From the IMG/VR virus record IMGVR_UViG_2565956730_000004: a DNA stretch of 30,222 nt. One strand, written 5' to 3'. Below, one piece after another: positions 1 through 7,519 of the stretch; within the stretch, counting starts at the first letter, position 1; each line of letters starts with the position of its first letter. Made by a program: the position numbers and the translations under genes. A model generated the notes under the pieces. The model saw only the letters and a list, made by a program, of their open reading frames with translations. It was not told the DNA's origin and made no database searches. Origin of the DNA: a virus (taxonomy: Duplodnaviria; Heunggongvirae; Uroviricota; Caudoviricetes).

Positions 1-546
1 GTGATTTTGTTGAGTGTGAAGGACCACCAGCACATTGATTCTGCCATTCCGGGACGTTACACTGTTCAGGCACCTTATAAAGCGGGTGCCGGGATTGGCG
101 TCCTGGAATTGCATACGGCGACAATTGGCGCGTTAGCGTCTTTTTTGTTGCTACAACTCAGCTATACCCAAATTATGGTGGGCTGGGTGGGGGCACCGAA
201 AGGTGCGCCGGTTTCCGTATGCGCCGGTTACGCCAACCCTGCTCAGTTCACCACCAGCGAAATTGGCGTTTCCGGTGGTGGAAGTTATCCATTGCATACG
301 GAGGCTGCCATCATGGCTACTGTTCCAGCCCTCACTCGTCTGAATGATGAAGACTTACATAAACTCAGTTATGTAACAACTGCACTACGTGCTCTGCGCA
401 AGGTAACTCTTTCGGATCCGCAGGCGCATCAGGTTTTGGTAGAAACCCTTCTTAACTTGCAGGCTGAACGTATTCGTCTGGCGGATAAGGCTAATTTTCA
501 TATTCACCGTCTCCTGAATATCAGCGGAGGGCATCGTCATGCTTAA
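1..546 (+). CDS. Hypothetical early-region protein; reading frame open to the window edge (5' end may lie upstream), alternative internal start at ATG 313 preceded by GGAGG
   Basis: Frame is stop-free from position 1 to TAA 544-546; RBS-like GGAGG about 9 nt upstream of ATG 313; stop overlaps the start of the next gene (ATGCTTAA). No family recognised. Confidence 0.4.
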   Translation: MILLSVKDHQHIDSAIPGRYTVQAPYKAGAGIGVLELHTATIGALASFLLLQLSYTQIMVGWVGAPKGAPVSVCAGYANPAQFTTSEIGVSGGGSYPLHTEAAIMATVPALTRLNDEDLHKLSYVTTALRALRKVTLSDPQAHQVLVETLLNLQAERIRLADKANFHIHRLLNISGGHRHA

Positions 547-775
547 TCTGTTGAGCCTCAATATTCGCCGTTTACTTCAGCGTAAAAAAACATCAATTCC
601 TACAGTTGGGCAGTGGTACACCACGCCTGCAGGGCATGTTCTACGTGTTAGCCTGGTTGACCGTGAATGTCAGAAGGTGATTTGTGAACCGCTGGGCCGT
701 AATTACCGCGTCAGTATGCCGCTTATAGCCTTTCGCTCCGGAAAAAACATGAAGCATCTCGGAGGTGCAGCATGA
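539..775 (+). CDS. Hypothetical small early protein (78 aa)
   Basis: ATG 539 overlaps the upstream stop and its own stop overlaps the next start (ATGA at 772-775), typical translational coupling in a phage operon. No recognisable motif. Confidence 0.5.
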   Translation: MLNLLSLNIRRLLQRKKTSIPTVGQWYTTPAGHVLRVSLVDRECQKVICEPLGRNYRVSMPLIAFRSGKNMKHLGGAA

Positions 776-1590
776 GTATGGAGCTGATGGTTAAAGCGAT
801 GAAAATTCGAGTGGGTAATCCATTGCGAAAACTGGTTCTGATCAAGCTGGCTGATAATGCCAGCGATCAGGGTGAGTGCTGGCCCAGCTACCAGCATATT
901 GCTGACCAGTGCGAGATTAGCAAACGTTCTGTGATGAATCATATTGCGGCCCTTTGTGAGTCCGGGCTGGTAAAAAAAGTCACCCGGAAAGGTGAAAAAG
1001 GTAACTCAAGTAATATCTATCTCCTTCATCTGGATGGTGCAGGAGATTCACTAGGGGGTAGTGCAAATAATTCACTATCTGGTGCAGCAAATTCACCAGG
1101 TAGTGCAGGAGTTGCACCAGGGGGTAGTGCAGGAGATTCACCCAGAACCAGTCACTCTTTTGAACCAGTCAAAGAACCAGTCAATGAACCAATAGCTTTT
1201 GGTGCATCTGCTGATGAGTCTGTGCGAGTTCGTTCAAACCGACCGGAATACTCTCCGGAGTTTGAGCAGGCATGGCTGGCATATCCCAAACGTGCTGGTG
1301 GCAATTCAAAATCTGCAGCCTTCAAAGCCTGGAAAGCCCGTTTGAATGAGGGGGTAAACCCCGAAACCATGCTGGAAGGTGTGAAACGCTACGCGGGCTG
1401 GGTATCTGCGATGGGTAACAGCGGCACACAATTTGTGAAACAGGCTGTCACGTTCTTTGGTCCGGATCGTCATTTCGAAGAATCCTGGGAAGTTCCTGCG
1501 GTATCTGCAGCCAGACGCGAGGACCCGTACTTCAAAGCCAGTTACGACAACGTGGACTACAGCCAGATCCCGGCAGGATTCAGGGGGTGA
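772..1590 (+). CDS. Phage replication initiator: N-terminal winged-helix DNA-binding domain, repetitive Gly/Ser/Ala linker, C-terminal DnaT-like (primosomal protein I) domain
   Basis: RBS GGAGGTG 8 nt upstream of ATG 772. N-terminus (KLVLIKLADNASDQGECWPSYQHIADQCEISKRSVMNHIAALCESGLVKK) looks like an HTH replication-initiator domain; C-terminal end (..DYSQIPAGFRG) matches the DnaT C-terminal signature (..SQIPPGFRG) as recalled. Iteron-like repeats lie inside the gene. Confidence 0.8.
   Translation: MSMELMVKAMKIRVGNPLRKLVLIKLADNASDQGECWPSYQHIADQCEISKRSVMNHIAALCESGLVKKVTRKGEKGNSSNIYLLHLDGAGDSLGGSANNSLSGAANSPGSAGVAPGGSAGDSPRTSHSFEPVKEPVNEPIAFGASADESVRVRSNRPEYSPEFEQAWLAYPKRAGGNSKSAAFKAWKARLNEGVNPETMLEGVKRYAGWVSAMGNSGTQFVKQAVTFFGPDRHFEESWEVPAVSAARREDPYFKASYDNVDYSQIPAGFRG
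1036..1141. repeat. Five tandem ~22-bp iteron-like direct repeats (consensus roughly GGTGCAGGAGATTCAC) inside the replication-initiator gene; putative phage origin
   Basis: Units at about 1036-1051, 1059-1074, 1081-1096, 1102-1118 and 1125-1141; units 1 and 5 share a perfect 15-mer (GTGCAGGAGATTCAC). A second short repeat GAACCAGTCAA occurs twice at 1162-1185. Confidence 0.6.
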
Positions 1591-2081
1591 TCATGAGTCT
1601 TTTGAATGAAGTTCAGAAATTCATTGAAGCCCATCCGGGGTGTACTTCCGGAGACATTGCGGATGCTTTTGCTGGTTACTCACGGCAGCGCGTTCTGCAG
1701 TCAGCAAGCAAGTTACGTCAGAGTGGGCGTGTGGCTCACCGTTGTGAAGGGGATACACGCAGACATTTCCCGCGCCTGACTGAGAGAGCGCAGGAGCCGG
1801 AACCACAACCTGTTCGTGAAACCAGACCTGTGCGCAATTTCTATGTCGGCACTAACGACCCCCGGGTGATTTTGTGCCTGACCCGCCAGGCTGAAGAACT
1901 GGAGTCAAGGGGCTTATACCGTCGTGCTGCAACCGTGTGGATGGCGGCATTCCGTGAAAGCCACTCCCAGCCAGAACGAAACAATTTTCTGGCGCATCGT
2001 GAGCGGTGCTTACGGAAAAGCAGCAAGCGCGCTGCATCGGGTGAAGAGTGGTATCTGTCAGGGAATTACGTGGGGGCTTAA
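1587..2081 (+). CDS. Putative regulator: N-terminal winged-helix-like region with a PerC-like C-terminal motif
   Basis: ATG 1587 overlaps the upstream stop. C-terminal segment (LESRGLYRRAATVWMAAF) resembles the PerC-family motif (..AGLWRRAA.W..) as recalled; assignment is from memory only. Confidence 0.55.
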   Translation: MIMSLLNEVQKFIEAHPGCTSGDIADAFAGYSRQRVLQSASKLRQSGRVAHRCEGDTRRHFPRLTERAQEPEPQPVRETRPVRNFYVGTNDPRVILCLTRQAEELESRGLYRRAATVWMAAFRESHSQPERNNFLAHRERCLRKSSKRAASGEEWYLSGNYVGA

Positions 2082-2734
2082 TGAGTAATAAATATTGCCA
2101 GGCGCTGGTGGAGCTGCGGAACAAACCAGCCCATGAACTGAAGGAAGTGGGCGATCAGTGGCGCACGCCGGACAACATTTTCTGGGGAATTAACACCCTG
2201 TTTGGCCCGTTTGTTCTGGATCTGTTTACTGATGGTGATAACGCCAAATGTGCCGCGTATTACACGGCGGAAGACAACGCGCTGGCGCATGACTGGTCAG
2301 AACGTCTTGCGGAGCTTAAAGGTGCTGCCTTTGGTAATCCCCCATACAGCCGCGCCAGTCAGCATGAGGGGCAATACATCACCGGCATGCGTTACATCAT
2401 GAAACATGCCAGTGCCATGCGTGATAAGGGCGGGCGCTATGTTTTCCTGATCAAAGCTGCCACCAGCGAAGTGTGGTGGCCGGAAGATGCGGACCATATT
2501 GCTTTTATTCGCGGGCGTATTGGTTTTGAACTGCCAGCCTGGTTTATCCCGAAGGACGAGAAGCAGGTGCCGACAGGAGCGTTCTTCGCTGGTGCTATTG
2601 CTGTTTTCGACAAGACCTGGAAGGGACCGGCAATCAGCTACATCGGGCGCGATGAACTTGAGGCATGTGGTGAGGCCTTTCTGGCGCAGGTTCGCCAGCA
2701 GGCGGAAAAACTTGTCAGGGAGATGGCGGCATGA
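2081..2734 (+). CDS. Phage orphan DNA N6-adenine methyltransferase (Dam-like)
   Basis: ATG 2081 overlaps the upstream TAA by 1 nt (an upstream in-frame GTG at 2048 is an alternative start). Contains the adenine-methyltransferase catalytic motif NPPY (FGNPPYS). No adjacent restriction endonuclease gene. Confidence 0.8.
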   Translation: MSNKYCQALVELRNKPAHELKEVGDQWRTPDNIFWGINTLFGPFVLDLFTDGDNAKCAAYYTAEDNALAHDWSERLAELKGAAFGNPPYSRASQHEGQYITGMRYIMKHASAMRDKGGRYVFLIKAATSEVWWPEDADHIAFIRGRIGFELPAWFIPKDEKQVPTGAFFAGAIAVFDKTWKGPAISYIGRDELEACGEAFLAQVRQQAEKLVREMAA

Positions 2735-3057
2735 CGACGTTAACTCAATGCCAGCAGCAGGTGCTGGATATGCTGATTTCTTACCAGCAAGAGCGTGGCT
2801 TTCCGCCAACCAATCAGGAGGTGGCAACCATGCTGGGATACCGTTCAGTGAATGCAGCGGTGGAGCATCTTCGCGCACTGGAGAAAAAAGGCGTCATCAC
2901 GATAAAGCGTGGCGTGGCCCGGGGGATCACGCTTCATACCGCAGTGAAGGACGACGACAGCGAAGCGGTCGGTATCATCCGCGCACTGCTTGCCGGTGAG
3001 GAGAACGCCAGGTTGCGTGCAGCCCACTGGTTACATGAGAGGGGCCTGAAAGTATGA
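2731..3057 (+). CDS. LexA N-terminal DNA-binding-domain protein lacking the S24 peptidase domain
   Basis: 108 aa; QQQVLDMLISYQQERGFPPTNQEVATMLGYRSVNAAVEHLRALEKKGVI parallels the LexA N-terminus (..RSPNAAEEHLKALARKGVI). No Ser/Lys autocleavage domain follows. ATGA start/stop overlap with the Dam gene. Confidence 0.75.
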   Translation: MTTLTQCQQQVLDMLISYQQERGFPPTNQEVATMLGYRSVNAAVEHLRALEKKGVITIKRGVARGITLHTAVKDDDSEAVGIIRALLAGEENARLRAAHWLHERGLKV

Positions 3058-3443
3058 AGTTGATCCTTCCTTTCCCGCCCAGTGTGAACACGTACTGGCG
3101 ACACCCCAACAAAGGGGCATTTGCTGGTAAGAGCCTGATAAGCGAGGCGGGGCGAAAATTTCAGAGCGCGGCGTGCGCAGCAATAGTTGAGCAGTTACGT
3201 CGTCTGCCGAAACCAACGTCGGCACCTGCTTCAGTGGAGATCGTGTTGTTTCCTCCGGATAACCGGATCCGCGATCTGGACAACTATAACAAGGCGCTGT
3301 TTGACGCCCTGACCCACGCGGGTGTGTGGGAGGACGACAGTCAGGTGAAAAGAATGCTGGTTGAGTGGGGACCGGTTATCCCGAAAGGGAAGGTCGAGAT
3401 CACTATCAGTAAGTATGAGAAACCGGCGGGTGCAGCCGCCTGA
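3054..3443 (+). CDS. rusA: RusA-family Holliday junction resolvase
   Basis: 129 aa; starts MKLILPFPPSVNTYW.. and carries the D..DNY.K...D acidic residues typical of RusA; sits in the nin-region position expected for lambdoid phages. Confidence 0.85.
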   Translation: MKLILPFPPSVNTYWRHPNKGAFAGKSLISEAGRKFQSAACAAIVEQLRRLPKPTSAPASVEIVLFPPDNRIRDLDNYNKALFDALTHAGVWEDDSQVKRMLVEWGPVIPKGKVEITISKYEKPAGAAA

Positions 3444-3462
3444 TTAAGAGGAGAAACGAAGT

Positions 3463-4272
3463 ATGAATAATCTGATGGTCATTGATGGTATTGAAGTTCG
3501 TCGTGATGCTTATGGGCGTTACAGCCTGAACGATCTGCATCGCGCAGCAGTAGCATCTGGTGCAAATGCCAGAACCAAGGAGCCAGGAAAGTTTCTTTCC
3601 AGCCAACAAACTGTTGAGCTTGTTCATGAATTGACCAACACCCAGAATTTGGGTGTTGACCCGGTGAGTGTGATTCATGGGGGAAATGAACGGGGAACGT
3701 ATGTCTGCAAGGAACTGGTTTATGCCTATGCAATGTGGATCAGCCCGTCATTCCATCTGAAGGTGATCCGTACTTTCGATATGGTAACCAGCGCACCGGA
3801 AAAATTATCCGGGCAGGCTGCTGACAAGATGCAGGCTGGTGTGATTCTGCTGGACTTTATGCGTCGGGAATTAAACCTGTCTAACTCATCTGTGCTTGGG
3901 GCTTGTCAGAAACTCCAGGAGGCTGTTGGCTTACCGAATCTGGCTCCGCGCTATGCAATTGATGCTCCTGCCGATGCACCCGATGGCTCAAGTCGCCCTA
4001 CGCTGTCACTGAGTGCACTGCTGAAGCAGTATGGTATCCGCCTGACGGCTAATCAGGCATATCACCAGATGGTGAAGCTGGGGATCGTTGAACAACGCGA
4101 ACGATACAGCCGTACCGCGATTAACAACATCAAAAAATTCTGGTCGCTGACAGCGAAAGGCTGCATGTTCGGCAAGAACATCACCAGTCCCGCAAATCCG
4201 CGCGAGACGCAGCCGCATTTCTTCGAATCCCGATTCCCTGAGCTGTTAAAGCTGCTCGATACCGTTCATTGA
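3463..4272 (+). CDS. KilA-N domain protein (antirepressor-like)
   Basis: Strong RBS AGAGGAGAA upstream of ATG 3463; N-terminus (MNNLMVIDGIEVRRDAYGRYSLNDLHRAA...) is KilA-N-like. Confidence 0.75.
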   Translation: MNNLMVIDGIEVRRDAYGRYSLNDLHRAAVASGANARTKEPGKFLSSQQTVELVHELTNTQNLGVDPVSVIHGGNERGTYVCKELVYAYAMWISPSFHLKVIRTFDMVTSAPEKLSGQAADKMQAGVILLDFMRRELNLSNSSVLGACQKLQEAVGLPNLAPRYAIDAPADAPDGSSRPTLSLSALLKQYGIRLTANQAYHQMVKLGIVEQRERYSRTAINNIKKFWSLTAKGCMFGKNITSPANPRETQPHFFESRFPELLKLLDTVH

Positions 4273-4273
4273 G

Positions 4274-5269
4274 GTGACCGTGAGAGCACTACTGACCCCT
4301 GAAATTGCCCCGCGTATGGGGATCGTATTGTTCAGACCCGGTTCAGAGCTGATGCCCCTGTTTATGCAGGGGCGTGTCCTGCTGGAGCCTGAGCCGGAAC
4401 GTTATTCATCTTTCGCCAGTGGTGCCGTTCCGGCGGCATCACAACCGCTGGCGGATGATCCTGCCGTTCGGGCCGTGTTCCGCAATGAGGCAGTGATCCG
4501 TCGTGCGGGTGGCGTGGAATGTCTTGAAAGCTGGTTACTTCGTGAAAAAGGCTGCCAGTGGCCTCATTCCGACTGGCACAGCGAGAACATGACCACAATG
4601 CGACACGCTCCGGGCGCAATCCGTCTGTGCTGGCACTGCGATAACCAGCTGCGCGATCAGTTCACGGAACGGCTGGAATCAATGGCAACGGATAACTGTG
4701 CCCGCTGGGTGTTGTCTGTTGTGCGTCGGGATCTCGGTTTTGATGACAGTCACGTTGTGACAATGCCGGAACTGTGCTGGTGGCTGGTTCGTAATGACCT
4801 GGCGGATGCCTTACCGGAAAGCGCAGCCCGTAAGGCACTGAGATTACCGAATCCTGTTGTGCCGTCTGTCACCCGGGAAAGTGACCTTGTGCCTTCGGTT
4901 CCTGCCACCAGCATCATCCAGGATAAGGCGAAAAAGGTGCTGGCGCTGAAAGTGGATCCGGAGTCGCCGGAGTCTTTTATGTTACGCCCAAAACGTCGCC
5001 GCTGGGTTAATGAAAAGTACACGCGCTGGGTTAAGACACAGCCGTGTGCATGTTGTGGAAAGCCTGCTGATGATCCCCACCACCTGATAGGTCACGGTCA
5101 GGGTGGAATGGGAACAAAAGCGCATGACCTTTTTGTGTTGCCTTTGTGCAGAAAGCATCACGACGAGCTGCATGCGGATACCGTGGCATTTGAAGAGAAG
5201 TATGGCTCCCAGCTGGAGCTGATATTTCGTTTTATCGATCGTGCGCTGGCAATTGGCGTATTGGCGTAA
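4274..5269 (+). CDS. DUF968-family phage protein with C-terminal Cys/His (HNH-like) motif
   Basis: GTG start at 4274 directly after the upstream stop; C-terminus has CACCGKPADDPHHLIGHG...CRKHHDELH. Architecture matches DUF968 (YdfU-like) proteins of lambdoid prophages, from memory. Confidence 0.65.
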   Translation: MTVRALLTPEIAPRMGIVLFRPGSELMPLFMQGRVLLEPEPERYSSFASGAVPAASQPLADDPAVRAVFRNEAVIRRAGGVECLESWLLREKGCQWPHSDWHSENMTTMRHAPGAIRLCWHCDNQLRDQFTERLESMATDNCARWVLSVVRRDLGFDDSHVVTMPELCWWLVRNDLADALPESAARKALRLPNPVVPSVTRESDLVPSVPATSIIQDKAKKVLALKVDPESPESFMLRPKRRRWVNEKYTRWVKTQPCACCGKPADDPHHLIGHGQGGMGTKAHDLFVLPLCRKHHDELHADTVAFEEKYGSQLELIFRFIDRALAIGVLA

Positions 5270-5282
5270 GTGGAGAACGAGC

Positions 5283-6035
5283 ATGAACCTTGAAGCCTTA
5301 CCAAAATATTACTCCCCAAAATCTCCAAAATTGAGCGATGACGCACCGGCGACAGGCTCGGGTGGTTTAACGATTACGGATGTGATGGCTGCGCAGGGGA
5401 TGGTGCAGTCGAAAGCACCGCTTGGATTTGCCTTATTCCTGGCAAAAGTTGGTGTTCAGGATCCTCAGTTTGCGATTGAAGGTCTGCTCAATTACGCGAT
5501 GGCACTGGATAACCCGACATTGAACAAATTGAGTGAAGAAACCCGGTTACAGATCATCCCTTACCTTGTGAATTTTGCCTTTGCTGATTATTCCAGGTCT
5601 GCGGCAAGTAAGGCTCGCTGTGAGCATTGTGCTGGTACTGGATTTCATAATGTATTGCGCGAAGTGGTGAAACACTCCAGAAGCGGGGAATCTGTTATCA
5701 AGGAAGAGTGGGTGAAGGAACTATGTCAGCATTGCCATGGTAAGGGAGAAGTCAGCACAGCGTGCAGAGGGTGTAAGGGTAAAGGTATTGTCCTGGATGA
5801 AAAAAGAACCCGGCTTCATGGTGTGCCTGTTTATAAGATTTGTGGGCGTTGCAATGGCAACCGGTTTAGCCGTTTACCAACCACACTGGCGCGGCATCAT
5901 GTCCAGAAACTGGTACCGGACCTGACGGATTATCAGTGGTACAAAGGATATGCAGACGTTATTAATAAACTGGTTACAAAGTGCTGGCAGGAAGAAGCGT
6001 ATGCTGAATCGCAATTGAGAAAAGTGACAAGATAG
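5283..6035 (+). CDS. Q-like late-gene antitermination protein
   Basis: RBS GGAGAA upstream of ATG 5283 (the longer ORF from 5241 lacks an RBS). Cys-rich zinc-binding motifs (CEHCAGTG, CQHCHGKG, CRGCKGKG, CGRCNG). Lies immediately upstream of a promoter/terminator pair and the lysis genes. Confidence 0.75.
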   Translation: MNLEALPKYYSPKSPKLSDDAPATGSGGLTITDVMAAQGMVQSKAPLGFALFLAKVGVQDPQFAIEGLLNYAMALDNPTLNKLSEETRLQIIPYLVNFAFADYSRSAASKARCEHCAGTGFHNVLREVVKHSRSGESVIKEEWVKELCQHCHGKGEVSTACRGCKGKGIVLDEKRTRLHGVPVYKICGRCNGNRFSRLPTTLARHHVQKLVPDLTDYQWYKGYADVINKLVTKCWQEEAYAESQLRKVTR

Positions 6036-6066
6036 ATAATTTTCGCCGAAGATGTCGACGTGATAC

Positions 6067-6095
6067 TTGCATTTTTCAAAAAATATGGATAAGAT
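6067..6095 (+). promoter_or_regulatory. Putative late promoter PR' (sigma70-like: -35 TTGCAT, 17-bp spacer, -10 TAAGAT)
   Basis: TTGCAT at 6067-6072 and TAAGAT at 6090-6095 with a 17-nt spacer, about 30 bp after the Q stop; position matches lambda PR'/qut. Confidence 0.4.
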
Positions 6096-6138
6096 TTTCT
6101 CAACGATGGGCCTTGTATGTCTACCGTTGGTAAATGTC

Positions 6139-6166
6139 AAAAACCCGCCACCGAGCGGTTTTTTAT
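6139..6166 (+). terminator. Putative tR'-like terminator (short GC stem between an A-tract and a T-tract)
   Basis: AAAAACCCGCCACCGAGCGGTTTTTTATT: a 4-bp GC stem (CCGC/GCGG) extendable by A:T pairs, followed by a U-run. Weak on its own; its position downstream of the putative PR' supports the call. Confidence 0.4.
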
Positions 6167-6323
6167 TGATGTCAATTGTGTTTTTAAGGCTCTCCTTCCT
6201 TAAAGTATGTTGTACAAAAAACTGGCAGCCAGCTACGCTCATTTTGAAAAAGTGACACCCTTCAATGTTTCTTTTGAATGGAATTGCTACCCATAAATCT
6301 CTATCAAAAACAGGAGAGCATAT

Positions 6324-6566
6324 ATGGTGGAGCGTTGTTCTGTTTGTGAGCAGTCATTAAGTTATTCACGAGAAGTTGAACAAGATGGCGTTGAATATAA
6401 ATCTTGCCCAAAATGTTCTGCTGATGCCGGAGTGCACGTTTTTTATAAAACAATAGACTTTGGTTATAGGGATATGGGAGACGGAAGGCATATCGTTCAG
6501 TCATGGTGTCCGGCTTGTCGTTCTGGTGAAAAACCGTCTATACCACCAGCATTTAAATGTTGTTAA
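6324..6566 (+). CDS. Small Cys-rich zinc-ribbon-like protein (80 aa) in the Q-to-holin slot
   Basis: Good RBS AGGAGAG 5 nt upstream of ATG 6324. Four CxxC-type pairs (CSVC, CPKC, CPAC, C-terminal CC). Visibly more AT-rich than flanking phage genes. Followed by a strong terminator. Confidence 0.55.
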   Translation: MVERCSVCEQSLSYSREVEQDGVEYKSCPKCSADAGVHVFYKTIDFGYRDMGDGRHIVQSWCPACRSGEKPSIPPAFKCC

Positions 6567-6584
6567 CTCAATGAATTATAAAAA

Positions 6585-6612
6585 GAGGCTGCCTGTGGGC
6601 GGCCTTTTTTGT
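6585..6612 (+). terminator. Rho-independent terminator after the zinc-ribbon ORF
   Basis: AGGCUGCC / GGCGGCCU stem (8 bp including one G-U), tetraloop UGUG, then UUUUUU. Confidence 0.7.
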
Positions 6613-6697
6613 GCACTACGCAACTTTTGCGACTCAGCGCTATAACCAGCTTCTTTCCCTTCACTCGTTGCACTTCCGATAACCGGAGGTGGGAATT

Positions 6698-7039
6698 ATG
6701 AAAATGCATAACGATCCTCATTCCTGGTCTGACTTACTTGAATTGTTACAGAGCTGGTGGCGTGGAGACACACCGCTGGGCGCAGTAATTATGTCGATCG
6801 TTATGGCTGGCTTGCGCATTGCCTATTTTGGCGGTGGTGGTGGTTGGAAGCGAAAAACGCTCGAGATTTTGCTCTGCGGCGCTCTGACGCTGACTTTTGC
6901 ATCCGCTCTTGAGTATGTCGGATGGCCTAAATCGCTTTCTGTTGCCATTGGTGGTGGCGTTGGGTTGATCGGTGTCGATGCTATTCGTGGGGCTGCAATG
7001 AGAGTAATCGGTAACAAGTTTGGTGGCTCTAAGGAGTAA
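6698..7039 (+). CDS. S: Holin, lambda S-like, with Met-Lys-Met dual-start motif
   Basis: RBS GGAGGTGGG upstream; begins MKMH.. like lambda S (MKMPEKHDLL..); hydrophobic helices; Gly-rich C-terminus (..AIRGAAMRVIGNKFGGSKE). Confidence 0.8.
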   Translation: MKMHNDPHSWSDLLELLQSWWRGDTPLGAVIMSIVMAGLRIAYFGGGGGWKRKTLEILLCGALTLTFASALEYVGWPKSLSVAIGGGVGLIGVDAIRGAAMRVIGNKFGGSKE

Positions 7040-7042
7040 TTT

Positions 7043-7519
7043 ATGCAGGTACTAAATTCCCAGCGTAAAGCTTTCCTTGATATGGTGGCTTGGTCAGAAG
7101 GAACGGATAACGGACGACAACCGACACGTAACCACGGTTATGACGTTATTGTCGGTGGTGAACTCTTCACTGATTACTCCGATCACCCTCGCAAACTTGT
7201 CACGCTAAACCCAAAACTCAAATCAACAGCAGCCGGGCGCTATCAGCTTCTTTCCCGTTGGTGGGATGCCTATCGTAAGCAGCTTGGTCTGAAAGACTTC
7301 TCTCCCAAAAGTCAGGACGCTGTGGCATTGCAGCAGATTAAAGAGCGTGGCGCTTTACCGATGATTGACCGCGGTGATATCCGTCAGGCTATCGACCGTT
7401 GCAGCAATATCTGGGCTTCACTGCCGGGCGCTGGTTATGGCCAGTTCGAGCATGAGGCTGACAACCTGATTGCAAAATTCAAAGAGGCTGGCGGAACGGT
7501 CAGAGAGATTGAGGTATGA
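7043..7519 (+). CDS. R: Endolysin, lambda R-type lytic transglycosylase
   Basis: Nearly colinear with lambda R as recalled (..[54 protein letters not shown]..); catalytic Glu within WSEGTD. RBS AAGGAG. Confidence 0.9.
   Translation: MQVLNSQRKAFLDMVAWSEGTDNGRQPTRNHGYDVIVGGELFTDYSDHPRKLVTLNPKLKSTAAGRYQLLSRWWDAYRKQLGLKDFSPKSQDAVALQQIKERGALPMIDRGDIRQAIDRCSNIWASLPGAGYGQFEHEADNLIAKFKEAGGTVREIEV

Noticed and set aside
199-231. Direct repeat GCGCCGGTT (x2) and GTTTCCG (x2) near the window start
   Set aside because: Lies inside an open reading frame that runs to the window edge; too short to separate operator sites from coincidental coding repeats without upstream context.
2103-2110. Chi-like octamers GCTGGTGG (also at 4775-4782)
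   Set aside because: Chi octamers are frequent in enterobacterial DNA; no evidence they are enriched or functionally special here.
2297-2878. 193-aa minus-strand ORF antisense to the Dam methyltransferase and LexA-DBD genes
   Set aside because: Fully overlapped by well-supported + strand genes with coupling and motifs; no RBS; typical shadow ORF in GC-rich coding sequence. The same applies to other minus-strand ORFs in the track (e.g. 9470-9814, 12065-12640, 13831-14265, 16545-17135, 22782-23279, 25009-25467, 26893-27291).
5737-5925. 62-aa + strand ORF inside the Q gene in another frame
   Set aside because: Internal out-of-frame ORF with no RBS; Q reading frame has conserved Cys motifs across this span.
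6067-6255. 62-aa ORF (MHFSKNMDKIF..) spanning the putative PR' promoter and terminator
   Set aside because: Overlaps promoter and terminator-like elements, AT-rich low-complexity translation, no RBS; more likely a non-coding leader.
6036-6323. Possibility of Shiga toxin or tRNA genes in the Q-to-S slot
   Set aside because: No ORF of stx size and no tRNA-like cloverleaf sequence is present; the slot holds only the 80-aa zinc-ribbon ORF.
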